NCBI GenBank assembly: GCA_965207735.1
Contig: OZ242296.1
Coordinates: 3,424,001 to 3,488,000 of the forward strand
DNA length: 64,000 bases
Reading direction: 5' to 3'
From: Candidatus Versatilivorator sp.
GTDB taxonomy: Bacteria > Acidobacteriota > Terriglobia > Versatilivoradales > Versatilivoraceae
The notes below the pieces were generated by a model. That model did no database searches and was not told where the DNA came from. It saw nothing but the letters and a program-made list of their open reading frames with translations. Within the stretch, counting starts at the first letter, position 1. Each line of letters opens with the position of its first letter. Positions 39,650-49,223 of this stretch are shown here, in pieces. The position numbers and the translations under genes are program-made.

Positions 39650-40831
39650 ATGAATCCTGAAACGAGTCCGTTCAGCCCCGGACAACCCGTGCCGATTGAG
39701 TTTTTTATTGGGCGCATCCGTGAGGTCGAGCGTCTGCGGGGCATGGTAAGGGCTAGTACACAAGGCAAATTCCGAATCGGATTTGTCAGCGGAGAACGGG
39801 GCATCGGCAAGAGTTCCCTGGCGTCGTTCGTGCGCTACCTTTCAGAGCACGAGAGCCAAGTCGCAGGATGGCATGTCTTTCTCGGCGGCGTTGAGGATTT
39901 GAATGAGATGCTTCGAAGGACCTTCGATCGCCTGCTGAAGGAAAGCATGGACAAACCCTGGCATGAGCAAATCAGGAACTTTTTTGGAAACCACGTGCGT
40001 CAAGTGGGTCTGTTCGGGGTCACTTTGGAGTTGAATCTCCAGGAAAGCGACTGGTCAACGCTCGCCCATGATTTCGTGCCGACCGTCAGGCGGCTTCTGA
40101 ACGAAATCAAGGACCAGAAGCGTGCGCTATTTCTCATCCTGGATGACATCAACGGTCTCGCGGGTTCCGAAGTTTTCGCCAACTGGCTGAAAAGCACCGT
40201 GGACGAGATCTCCACGTCCCAACAGAAAATGCCTCTCTGCATTCTAGTTGTCGGCCTTGAGGAGAGGCGCCAGGAGCTGGTGTCGAAGCAACCGTCTCTT
40301 GCGCGCGTCTTCGAGTTGATCGACATCGCCCCCTGGTCTGACGATGAAGCCATGGACTTCTACCGGAAGTCATTCGACGCCGTGGGCGCTAAGGTTGCCG
40401 ACAGCGACATGCGCCAACTCGTCCGATTCACCGGCGGACTTCCTGTTCTGGCCCACGAGATCGGCGACGCCGTCTGGCGCACGGCCGAGGGTCCGGAAAT
40501 CGAGTCAAAAGAAGTATGGGAAGGAATCTTGACCGCAGCCGAGGTGATCGGCCGGAAACTGCTGCAACCCCAAGTGTTCAGGGCAATTCGCAGTGAGCGT
40601 TACCGATCCATTCTTCGAAAAATGTCGGGCGCGCCCCGGATGAGCTTTGGAAGATCAGAACTCATGGGACGTCTGTCGGACAACGAAAGAAAGGTCATGG
40701 ACAACTTCCTGCGACGCATGAAACGGCTCGGAGCGCTGGAAACCGATCCCGAGGTCAAAGGTGGATACCAATTCCCCAACCTCCTCCACATGCTTTATTT
40801 CTGGATTGAATCCCAGCGGATTTCCCGATGA
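39650..40831 (+). CDS. AAA/STAND-like ATPase with C-terminal winged helix
   Basis: SPFSPG..V...FIGR, Walker A GERGIGKSS, Walker B FLILDD, TGGLP. Confidence 0.85.
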   Translation: MNPETSPFSPGQPVPIEFFIGRIREVERLRGMVRASTQGKFRIGFVSGERGIGKSSLASFVRYLSEHESQVAGWHVFLGGVEDLNEMLRRTFDRLLKESMDKPWHEQIRNFFGNHVRQVGLFGVTLELNLQESDWSTLAHDFVPTVRRLLNEIKDQKRALFLILDDINGLAGSEVFANWLKSTVDEISTSQQKMPLCILVVGLEERRQELVSKQPSLARVFELIDIAPWSDDEAMDFYRKSFDAVGAKVADSDMRQLVRFTGGLPVLAHEIGDAVWRTAEGPEIESKEVWEGILTAAEVIGRKLLQPQVFRAIRSERYRSILRKMSGAPRMSFGRSELMGRLSDNERKVMDNFLRRMKRLGALETDPEVKGGYQFPNLLHMLYFWIESQRISR

Positions 40832-41144
40832 ATGTACTCGTTGCCTGCGATCAGGGAAGTGCTGCTTTACCCCTTTGACAAACTCGGCTTGGTTAGCTCC
40901 ATTAGCGTCTGCTCCTTGTCGAATACCAGGGCGCGCACATTGCCGACAGCTCGGATACTGCTGAGAAGCGGACCGTTGGCGAGCTCTGGGAACGGAAAAG
41001 CGACGGTAAGGGCCTCTTTCTTGTCGCAGAAAATACGCTGGGCGGAAGGGATGTGCGCCAGCAGCTTATCGACAAGGTCAATCTCGCCTGAACTCCCGAG
41101 CCTCTTTCCCTCCCGGCGTAGCGTATCGGACTCTGGAAGACTTC

Positions 41145-43841
41145 ATGCGTGAGACTCTGCTTAGCTACCTGCCCGAGTTTCTGGACCGCGGCGAGGACAC
41201 GGCGCTTATGGGCCGGTCCGGGCTGCGGACCGACTACTGGTCCTATGGCAGGCTGGCCCGGACTTCCTTCCAGGTGGCCCGGGAACTGGGCTCACGGGGA
41301 CTCGGCCTGGGGGACCGACTGCTGTTGCGGGAAGACAACTCCCCCGAATGGGTGGCCACCTTCCTGGGGTGCCTGATGCGTGGGGTGGTCGTGGTTCCCC
41401 TGGATGTTCAGAGCTCTCCCGAGTTCGTGGCCGGCATCGAGCACCAGACCCAACCCAAGCTGGTTCTTGGAGGTGGCCCCGGCGCCTCACTTGATGACCT
41501 CCAGTCGCCGGTGGATTCTGTCGCGGCTCTTTGCCGACGCGCGACCGCACAGGTGCCGACTCCCGACTGGAGTCATGCCGGCAAGGTCACTGCCGACCAC
41601 CTGGCCGAGATCGTGTTTACCTCGGGGACCACGGCGGCGCCCAAGGGGATTCGACTCACCCATAGAAACTTGCTGGCCAATCTGACTCCACTCGAGACCG
41701 AGATCCGGAAATATGTCAAGTGGGCGGCTCCGGTCCATCCCATCCGCTTCCTGAGCCTGCTGCCACTCAGCCATGTCTTCGGCCAGATGATGGGCATTTT
41801 CGTGCCGCCTCTGCTTGGTGGCCAGGCTCTCTTTCTCAATACCCTCAATCCCTCTGAGATCATCTCGGCCATTCGCCGGGAGCGGATCTCGATGCTGGCC
41901 ACCGTTCCCCGCATCCTGGAGCTGCTGCGGGACAAGATCGAGCGGGACGAGGCCGCCCAAGATAGCCGGCCCCCGCTGGTCGAGCTTTTCGAGCGCAGCC
42001 ACGGTCATCACTGGCTGCGTCATTGGTGGACCTTTCGCCACGTCCGCCGCCGATTCGGCTGGAAGTTCTGGGCTTTCCTTTCGGGAGGCGCAACCCTCGA
42101 TTCCGGCACCGAGGAGTTCTGGAAGAGGTTGGGCTATGCCGTCATGCAGGGGTACGGAATGACCGAAACGGCGGCCGTCATCAGCCTTGCCCACCCCCTT
42201 CGACCCGGCCGCGGCTCGATCGGCAAACCCATGCCCGGCCAGGAAATCAAGCTGGACGAAGGGGGAGAGATCCTGGTGAGAGGCCGCAACATCTCGCCCG
42301 GCTACTGGGGGGCGGAGGATGCGCCCCTGACCGACGAGGAGGGTTGGCTGCGAACCGGGGACCTGGGCCAACGGGACGCCAGGGGAAACCTCTATTTCCG
42401 CGGCAGGCGCAAGGAGGTCATCGTCACCTCAGCGGGCTTGAACGTCTACCCCGCCGATATCGAAACGGTTCTCAACCGGCAACCCGAGATCGGCGCCAGC
42501 GCGGTGGTGGGAGTGAACGGAGCGCAGGGCCCCGAACCGGTGGCCGTGCTCATCCTGAGAAGCCCGGAGGCGGACCCTTCCACCGCGGTCCAACGCGCCA
42601 ACCAGCACCTCAGCCCCTACCAGCAGATCCGGCACTGGGTGGTCTGGCCCGAGCGCGATTTTCCGCGGACGGCCACTCAGAAGGTACGCAAGCGGGACCT
42701 GGTCCGGTTCGCGAGCCGGCAGGGAGCGGAACCGGGCGGTCAGGCTGGAGAGGAGCAGGGAAGCCTGCTGGGCGAAATCCTGACACTGGTCGAGGGCATC
42801 ACCGGGACCTCGCCGCGGCGGCGGGACCGCGAAGCCAATCTGACCTCCGATCTCAAGCTGGATTCCCTGGCCAGGGTCGCGCTGATCACCCAATTGGAAG
42901 ATCGCTTCCGGATGGACCTGGACGAATCCAAAGTCACCGAAGCTCTTACTCTGGGTGACCTGGAAAGGCTGCTCCGCCGCCCGGACGGTCTACCGGAGGC
43001 CGGCCGGGGCGAGGCGGCTCCTCCAAGTCCTGAAACCGGTGGCGACCCGCGGGCTCCATCGGGACCACGCCCGGACCCGGGCTCCTCGCGGTCGCACCCG
43101 GAAACTTCCGTCAGGCCCTGGCGCCCTTATCCCTACCCCTACTGGTCCTTGAGGCGGCCCGCCACCTGGATGCGCTTCCTGTTCCAGCACTGTCTCATCT
43201 GGCCGCTCACCCATTTGCTCTGCTGGACCCGGGTGCGTGGACGAAGACACTGGCGCGGACTTCGGGAGCCCGTGCTGGTGATCGCCAACCACGTGACCTT
43301 TTTCGATCCGGCGCTCGTCCTGGCCCGAATGCCCTGGCGCTACCGGAACCGCCTGGCTGTTGCCATGATCGGAGAAAGGCTGAGGGACTTTCGATACCCG
43401 CCGCCTGGGCGCGGGCTTGCCCGCTTCAGCGACTACCTGGCCTACGGCGCGACTGCCGGCGGGTTCAATGCCTTTCCGCTGCCCAGGCAAACCGGGTTCC
43501 GGCGCAGCTTCGACTACGCCGGGGAGGCCATGGATCGCGGCTACAGCGTCCTGGTTTTTCCGGAGGGATCACGCACCAGGGATGGCGAAATGCAGCCCTT
43601 CCAGGCTGGAATCGGGCTGCTGGCGGCCGGTCTGGGTGCCCCGGTCGTCCCCGCCAGGATCGAAGGATTGTTTGAGCTCAAGAAAAGGAGATTCGGAGGA
43701 ATCCGCTGGCCCTTCACCCGGCCCGGTCAGGTTTCCGTCACCTTCGGTCCACCGCTGCGGCCCTCGCCCTCGGACTCTCCCCAGGACCTGACCCGGGAGT
43801 TGGAGAAACGGGTCAGAGGATTGAGTCGCCGAAAGGCCTGA
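41145..43841 (+). CDS. Acyl-CoA/AMP-binding + ACP + 1-acylglycerol-3-P acyltransferase fusion
   Basis: FTSGTT, GYGMTE, LRTGD; LDSL phosphopantetheine site; ANHVTFFD and VFPEGSRT PlsC motifs. Confidence 0.9.
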   Translation: MRETLLSYLPEFLDRGEDTALMGRSGLRTDYWSYGRLARTSFQVARELGSRGLGLGDRLLLREDNSPEWVATFLGCLMRGVVVVPLDVQSSPEFVAGIEHQTQPKLVLGGGPGASLDDLQSPVDSVAALCRRATAQVPTPDWSHAGKVTADHLAEIVFTSGTTAAPKGIRLTHRNLLANLTPLETEIRKYVKWAAPVHPIRFLSLLPLSHVFGQMMGIFVPPLLGGQALFLNTLNPSEIISAIRRERISMLATVPRILELLRDKIERDEAAQDSRPPLVELFERSHGHHWLRHWWTFRHVRRRFGWKFWAFLSGGATLDSGTEEFWKRLGYAVMQGYGMTETAAVISLAHPLRPGRGSIGKPMPGQEIKLDEGGEILVRGRNISPGYWGAEDAPLTDEEGWLRTGDLGQRDARGNLYFRGRRKEVIVTSAGLNVYPADIETVLNRQPEIGASAVVGVNGAQGPEPVAVLILRSPEADPSTAVQRANQHLSPYQQIRHWVVWPERDFPRTATQKVRKRDLVRFASRQGAEPGGQAGEEQGSLLGEILTLVEGITGTSPRRRDREANLTSDLKLDSLARVALITQLEDRFRMDLDESKVTEALTLGDLERLLRRPDGLPEAGRGEAAPPSPETGGDPRAPSGPRPDPGSSRSHPETSVRPWRPYPYPYWSLRRPATWMRFLFQHCLIWPLTHLLCWTRVRGRRHWRGLREPVLVIANHVTFFDPALVLARMPWRYRNRLAVAMIGERLRDFRYPPPGRGLARFSDYLAYGATAGGFNAFPLPRQTGFRRSFDYAGEAMDRGYSVLVFPEGSRTRDGEMQPFQAGIGLLAAGLGAPVVPARIEGLFELKKRRFGGIRWPFTRPGQVSVTFGPPLRPSPSDSPQDLTRELEKRVRGLSRRKA

Positions 43842-43873
43842 AACAACCGAGCGCTATCCGCAAAGGACACCCA

Positions 43874-44079
43874 CCCGGGAGCGCGGGCGTCCCGCCCGCC
43901 TTCTCTCCCTTTGGCTACCGCTGAGTTTTCCAGCGATGCGGCAGCCGGCCATCCTGCCGGCGGGAACCGCCTGGGTCCGGCCGAAGGAGAGCCATGGCGC
44001 CGGTGCCGGTCGATCCGGGTGGAGGAGATGGGCGAGGCCGCGGGAAGACTTGTGCGGGCGGGACGCCCGCGCTCCCGGG
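43874..44079. repeat. Inverted pair of 26-bp REP-like palindromes
   Basis: CCCGGGAGCGCGGGCGTCCCGCCCGC (43874-43899) and its exact reverse complement (44054-44079). Confidence 0.85.
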
Positions 44080-44178
44080 GGGCTTCATCTCCTGACAGGG
44101 TCACACCAGGGACGCAAAATTGCAGGAGCATTCCGGCACCGCACGGACAGTCAGGGCCGTGGGCCGCCGCGAGGGAAT

Positions 44179-45297
44179 TTACAGCTTGCCGGCGATGGCC
44201 TCGGCCATCTGAAGGGTGGTGCTGGCGCCTCCCATGTCGTAGGTCCGCACCCGGCCTTCGCGGATGACTTCTCCCACGGCCTCCTCCAGCCGTTGGCTCT
44301 TGTGATCCTCGGACAGGAAGTCCAGCATCATTTTGGCCGCCATAATGGTGGCGATAGGGTTGACCTTGGACTGCCCCACGTATTTGGGCGCCGAGCCGTG
44401 GGTCGGCTCGAAGACGGCCAGCCTCTCGCCGATGTTTCCGGAGCAGGCAAACCCCAGTCCGCCTACCATCTGGGCGCACAGATCCGAGACGATATCCCCG
44501 AACAGGTTGGGCGCGACCAGGACGTCATAGTCCAGGGGGTTCTTGAGCAGCCACATGGCCATGGCGTCCACGTTGGCATGGTCCCAGGCGATCTCCGGGT
44601 AGGAAGCCGCGATGCGCCCGGCCGCCTCCAGGAACAGCCCGTCGGTGGCCCGTACCACGTTGGCCTTGTGCACCACTGTCACCCTCTTGCGACGGTGGTC
44701 TCGGGCAAACTGGAAGGCAGCCCGGATGATCCGCTCCGAGCCCTTGCGGGAATTGATTTTGCAGGAGATGGCCCACTCGTCCGGAGCCAGTCCCTTGAAG
44801 GGAGCAAAGGAAGGCGAGATCTCCTCCAGCAGACGGGACAGTCTCTCCGGCACGGGATGAAATTCCACGCCGGAATAGAGATCTTCCGTATTCTCGCGAA
44901 AGATGACCAGATCGATTGCTTCTCGAACGTTGAGGGGATTGCCGGCAAAGGCCCGGCAGGGTCGCAGGCAAACGTAGAGATCGAAGAACTGGCGCAGGCG
45001 CACGATGGGGGAACGATAGACCAAGCCCTGGCCGCGGAGCCGCGGCGCCAGTTCCTGCCCGGCTTCTCGCGCCGGCTTGGAGGTGATGGCTCCGAACAGG
45101 GCGGCATCCACCTGCTTCAACAGGTCTATGGTGCGGCCGGGAAGCGGGTCTCCTTCCCGGCGCCAGAATTCCCAGCCAATGTCGCCCGGAAGATACTCCG
45201 CATCCAACCCTAGACGATCCAGCACGATCCGGGCGGCCTCCAGGACCTCTCCACCTATCCCGTCTCCCGGCAGCCAGGCGATCTTGTATTTGGGCAT
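44179..45297 (-). CDS. Isocitrate/isopropylmalate dehydrogenase family protein
   Basis: PGDGIG, RENTEDLY, HKANV, NLFGDIVSD, FEPTHGSAP. Confidence 0.93.
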   Translation of the reverse strand: MPKYKIAWLPGDGIGGEVLEAARIVLDRLGLDAEYLPGDIGWEFWRREGDPLPGRTIDLLKQVDAALFGAITSKPAREAGQELAPRLRGQGLVYRSPIVRLRQFFDLYVCLRPCRAFAGNPLNVREAIDLVIFRENTEDLYSGVEFHPVPERLSRLLEEISPSFAPFKGLAPDEWAISCKINSRKGSERIIRAAFQFARDHRRKRVTVVHKANVVRATDGLFLEAAGRIAASYPEIAWDHANVDAMAMWLLKNPLDYDVLVAPNLFGDIVSDLCAQMVGGLGFACSGNIGERLAVFEPTHGSAPKYVGQSKVNPIATIMAAKMMLDFLSEDHKSQRLEEAVGEVIREGRVRTYDMGGASTTLQMAEAIAGKL

Positions 45298-45310
45298 GCA
45301 CACTCCATAA

Positions 45311-45477
45311 TACTACAGATATAGTATATTATTGGCGCATCAGGCGCCAGCTAATCCTTGGATTACAGGACGGCGAAACCGACTACCCGCTTTATCTACT
45401 ACTATACTAGTTTATATGGCTCCTTGGTCCTCCCCGAACCGGCGTGTCGTCCACTGCAATCTACTAGAATAATAGTA
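45311..45477. promoter_or_regulatory. Three TACTA-N6-TAGTW palindromic boxes
   Basis: At 45311-45326, 45397-45412 and 45462-45477 in an AT-rich upstream region. Confidence 0.6.
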
Positions 45478-45552
45478 GATTCTCGACACCCCCCTCCAGG
45501 ACGGCAAAGCGCTTGCCCTCCCGAACGGCGTTCCGGCCGCGGCTTTCCGCCT

Positions 45553-46671
45553 TCAGCCCAGAAACCGTTCGATACCCACCTTGTCCAGGGGAATGCGGGG
45601 CTTTCGCCCCAGGACCAGATCCACCAGGACTTTCGCGGTGGCCGGCGCCTGCATGATGCCGGAGCTGGAATGGCCGGCGGCCCACAGAAAGCCGGCCGCG
45701 GCCCGCGGATCCGGACCGATAATGGGCAAGGCGTCGGGAGAAGCCGGCCGCAGCCCGGTCCAGATGTCCAGCATGGCCTGCTCCATGAGCCCCGGAAGAA
45801 CCGTGCTCACCACCCCGGCCAGATAGCTCAATCCTTGCGGTGTGATTTGCCTGCGGAACCCGATCTCCTCGTGAGTGGCTCCCACCACCACCCGCCCGTC
45901 CGGCCTGGGGGTGATGTAGCCGTAGCGGCCCCAGCGGTGGAGCGTGTGGCGCAAGCCGAGCGCGGGCCCCTCCAGCGACATGATCTGACCGTGATCGGGA
46001 GTGATGGGAACCGTGAGACTCGAATCCAGCATGCCGGCCCAGGCGCCGGCGGCGTTGATCACCCAGCCCGCGCCCAGCCGCTCTTGGCCGGACCGCACTC
46101 CCGTCACCCTGCCGCTGTCCCAGGTCAGGGAGGTCACCGGCCAGCCCGGGCGCATCTTCACACCCTTCAGCCGGGCCGCCCTGGCGATGGTGGCCGTGTA
46201 GTTGCGGGCGTCCAGAAACCGGCCTTCCGGGTGCAGGATCGCCGCCTCCAGGTTCTCCGGGAGCGACGGCTCCCGGCGCCGCGCCTCCGACCCGGCCAGG
46301 ATCTCCAGGGCTACGCCGGCCGCAGCCTGCTGTTCAGCGTCGGCGCTGGCCTCGGCGGCTTCCGCCGGACTCAGCGCCAGCGTCATGCTCCCCCGGCCGC
46401 CGTAACCCATCCGGCGCCCCGTTTCTTCGAACAGTGCCCCGTCGAGCTGGTCGTAGAGCTGCCTGGAGAGAAGCGTGGCATGGCGGAACCAGGGATCCCC
46501 CCGGGGATGGCTGGAGGGGCCGATGATGCCGGCCGAGGCCCAGGAGGCTTCCCGGGCCACCGGCCCCTTGTCCACCAGAGCCACTTCAAGCCCTTCCGAC
46601 CTCAAATAATAGGCGGCGCTGCAGCCGATAGCGCCTCCACCGATGATCACCACGTCCGGCTGCCTGGCCAT
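45553..46671 (-). CDS. Glycine oxidase ThiO-like FAD oxidoreductase
   Basis: IIGGGAIG, ASWASAGII, YITPR, WTGLRP. Confidence 0.85.
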   Translation of the reverse strand: MARQPDVVIIGGGAIGCSAAYYLRSEGLEVALVDKGPVAREASWASAGIIGPSSHPRGDPWFRHATLLSRQLYDQLDGALFEETGRRMGYGGRGSMTLALSPAEAAEASADAEQQAAAGVALEILAGSEARRREPSLPENLEAAILHPEGRFLDARNYTATIARAARLKGVKMRPGWPVTSLTWDSGRVTGVRSGQERLGAGWVINAAGAWAGMLDSSLTVPITPDHGQIMSLEGPALGLRHTLHRWGRYGYITPRPDGRVVVGATHEEIGFRRQITPQGLSYLAGVVSTVLPGLMEQAMLDIWTGLRPASPDALPIIGPDPRAAAGFLWAAGHSSSGIMQAPATAKVLVDLVLGRKPRIPLDKVGIERFLG

Positions 46672-46995
46672 GGGTCCGGGCCCTTTCCCGGTCGGGACCG
46701 AGCCGTTAGAAACCGGCGTCTTCCCCGGGGATTCTCTGTTAGAATGGCTGTCCTTTGCGGTTCAGACAGACCTTCAAGATTGCCGGCAGCCGGGCGGAGC
46801 GGCTTTGCACGCCGCCAACAGTTGCGGGTGGACAGTCCGGGGTTCCCGACGGGCCGGCCACTCCGGCCTGCCCGTGTCCAGCCGGGCAGCCCCTGACACG
46901 TCCACGTGCAGCCGGTCCGGCAAACAGAGTGAGTCAAACACGAAAGCCAAGTCCAATGCAAGCCGGCCAACCCATTAATTCAACCAGGAGGATGC

Positions 46996-48756
46996 ATGCC
47001 TGACAGGAAAGATTCCGTTCCCAACCTCTCGCGCCGCCGGTTCATGCGAACCACCGTCCTGGCAGGCACGGCCCTGGGTCTTAACTCCGCGGCGCCCGGG
47101 TCCGCGGCGCCCGGGTCCGCAGCCGCCACTCCCCTGAAAAAGGCCCGGCGACCCGGAAAGTCCTTCACCGGAAAACGGCCGGAAGACTATCGGGTGGTGC
47201 TGCAGGACATCGGCGACCCCCTGCTGCGCATGCCCTGGCCACCCACCCCCGAGGGCCTGGTGGAAGGTTCGATCGGGGCGCTGAAGGACTCTGCCGTCAG
47301 CATGTACGCCTTCGGCATCAACCACGCCGGGGGCACCACCCACTGCTCCAAGCTCTACCCCATCATCGGCGAAGAACAGCCCGTCCTCAAAAGCGGCAAC
47401 ACGCTGCGGATGATGCAAGCCGTCCAGCGTCTGTGCGAGGCAGGACACGACCCCCTGACGCTCATGTGCGACGGCGGGCACAAAGCCGGCCTGGACGTGT
47501 TCCTGCGCCTTCGCATGAACGATCACCACGACCGCTGGGGCGACCGGATCGGCCTGGACAAGCCTTCCCGACTTCCCAAGGACCATCCGGCCGAGCCCTA
47601 TTTCTACACGCCCAAGTGGAAACGGGAGCACCCCGAGTGGTTGATCGGAGATCGCCATGCTCCCTATCCCGACACCAGCTTCCAGTACATGCAGGCCAGC
47701 GCCGGCAACTACGCCATCGGTCCTTATCGCGACCTCATCTTCAACCTGGCTGCAGAGACCCTCACCCAATACGACTTGGACGGGTTCGAGCTGGACTTCT
47801 TCCGGTCCCCCTTCCTCTTTCCCATCTATGAAGCCTACGTGCAGCGCCACGTGATGACCGAGCTGATCCGCCGCATCCGCCGGGTTGCCGACGAGCAGGC
47901 GGCCAAGCGAGGCCGGCCCATCTTCCTTTCCGCCCGGGTCCCGGCCACCGTCGACCTCTGCCTGCGCATCGGGATCGATCTGCCGGTCTGGTTCCAGGAG
48001 GGGTTGCTGGACATGGTGGTGGTCAGCAACGGACTCTCCCCCTTCAGCACCCCTTGGGCGGAGTTGTCCGGGTTGGGCGCCAAGCACGGCATTCCCGCTC
48101 TGGCCTGCTTTACCCATGCCCGGCCCACCCGGGAAGGCCGGGAATCGCTGCGGGCGGCCACCCACCGCGCCTTCTCCTCAGGGATCACGGGCATCCAGTT
48201 CTGGAACTACTTCTACCGCATGCCCCACTACCACCGGCCAGGAGAAAATCCCCTGGACCTGAGCTTTACCCACGATCTGGTCGATGCGGACCTGGTGAGA
48301 AACGGTCCCAAGAAATACCTGCTGGACGGCAGCCCTCACACCGGGAGCATATTGACCGGGACTTTCGGCCACGCCGAGTGGCCCGGACAGACTCCGATGA
48401 TGATCGGACTTTCCACCGACGGCATCGGCCACCGGGTGGCCTTCGACATCGCCGACGACCTCGGCCGGTCCAAGCCCCAGGGGTCTCCGCGGGTCTGGAT
48501 CCGCATCGTGGATCTGGCTCCCGAGGATCGATTGGAATTCGCCTGGAACGGCAAGCCGATTCAACCCGATCCCAAAGCCTTTGCCGGAATCATCCTGAAG
48601 GACAGCCACGAATTCGAGTTCGAGCTCGATCCCGCCGACGTGCGGCCCGGCGAGAACCACCTGGAGATCAAGCTGCTGGAGCGGCACGCCCGGCTCGATC
48701 CCTACGTTACCCTGGTGGACGGGCGTTTGAGCATCCCCGAATTGAAGGGCGCCTGA
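46996..48756 (+). CDS. Tat-exported GHL10-like hydrolase
   Basis: SRRRFM Tat motif; LRMNDHH; YDLDGFELDFFR. Confidence 0.75.
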   Translation: MPDRKDSVPNLSRRRFMRTTVLAGTALGLNSAAPGSAAPGSAAATPLKKARRPGKSFTGKRPEDYRVVLQDIGDPLLRMPWPPTPEGLVEGSIGALKDSAVSMYAFGINHAGGTTHCSKLYPIIGEEQPVLKSGNTLRMMQAVQRLCEAGHDPLTLMCDGGHKAGLDVFLRLRMNDHHDRWGDRIGLDKPSRLPKDHPAEPYFYTPKWKREHPEWLIGDRHAPYPDTSFQYMQASAGNYAIGPYRDLIFNLAAETLTQYDLDGFELDFFRSPFLFPIYEAYVQRHVMTELIRRIRRVADEQAAKRGRPIFLSARVPATVDLCLRIGIDLPVWFQEGLLDMVVVSNGLSPFSTPWAELSGLGAKHGIPALACFTHARPTREGRESLRAATHRAFSSGITGIQFWNYFYRMPHYHRPGENPLDLSFTHDLVDADLVRNGPKKYLLDGSPHTGSILTGTFGHAEWPGQTPMMIGLSTDGIGHRVAFDIADDLGRSKPQGSPRVWIRIVDLAPEDRLEFAWNGKPIQPDPKAFAGIILKDSHEFEFELDPADVRPGENHLEIKLLERHARLDPYVTLVDGRLSIPELKGA

Positions 48757-48796
48757 CGGCCGGGGGCTCCTTCCCACAAGCAATCAAGGAAAAGAG

Positions 48797-49179
48797 TTAT
48801 CCACGAAGGGGCACGAAGAACGACGAAGGGCCACTAAGGGGTTGGAGAAAGCTCAAGAGGGATCGGCCAAGGGTCGGCAAGGGAGAAGAGCTTTCCAACA
48901 AGGGCGCTAAAGGATCTGTTGGGGGGGCAAGAGATGAATCGGCGAAGGGATTCCAAGGGGTTGGAAGAGACTCGAAAGGGATCCGTGAAGGGCCACCAAG
49001 GCCCCTGTGGTTTCCCAGAAACAAGCGCTCGATCATCGAGCCAGCCAGTTTCCTGAGCGGCAGCTTCTCGTTCTGTTAATCCTGTCTATCCTGTGCATCC
49101 ATGTTCAATTTGTAGAAAACCGGTTCAACGGGACATGGTCCTTGTTCCCGATGGGCCATGAAGGTTCGTCGTCTCACTC
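48797..49179. repeat. Second copy of the composite intergenic repeat
   Basis: Shares TTATCCACGAAGGG...CTCAAGAGGG...GGTCGGCAAGGG and CTGTTAATCCTGT...GTCCTTGTTCCCGA with 28196-28580. Confidence 0.75.
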
Positions 49180-49223
49180 ACGTACGATCCGCCCGGCAGG
49201 GCGGGGATTGAACTCGTCCGTCA

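Noticed and set aside
46672-46995. Riboswitch in the divergent intergenic region
   Set aside because: GC-rich hairpins only; no TPP, cobalamin or glycine aptamer motifs recognised
47086-47120. 15-bp tandem repeat (SAAPG x2)
   Set aside because: In-frame low-complexity linker after the Tat signal; no phase-variation potential
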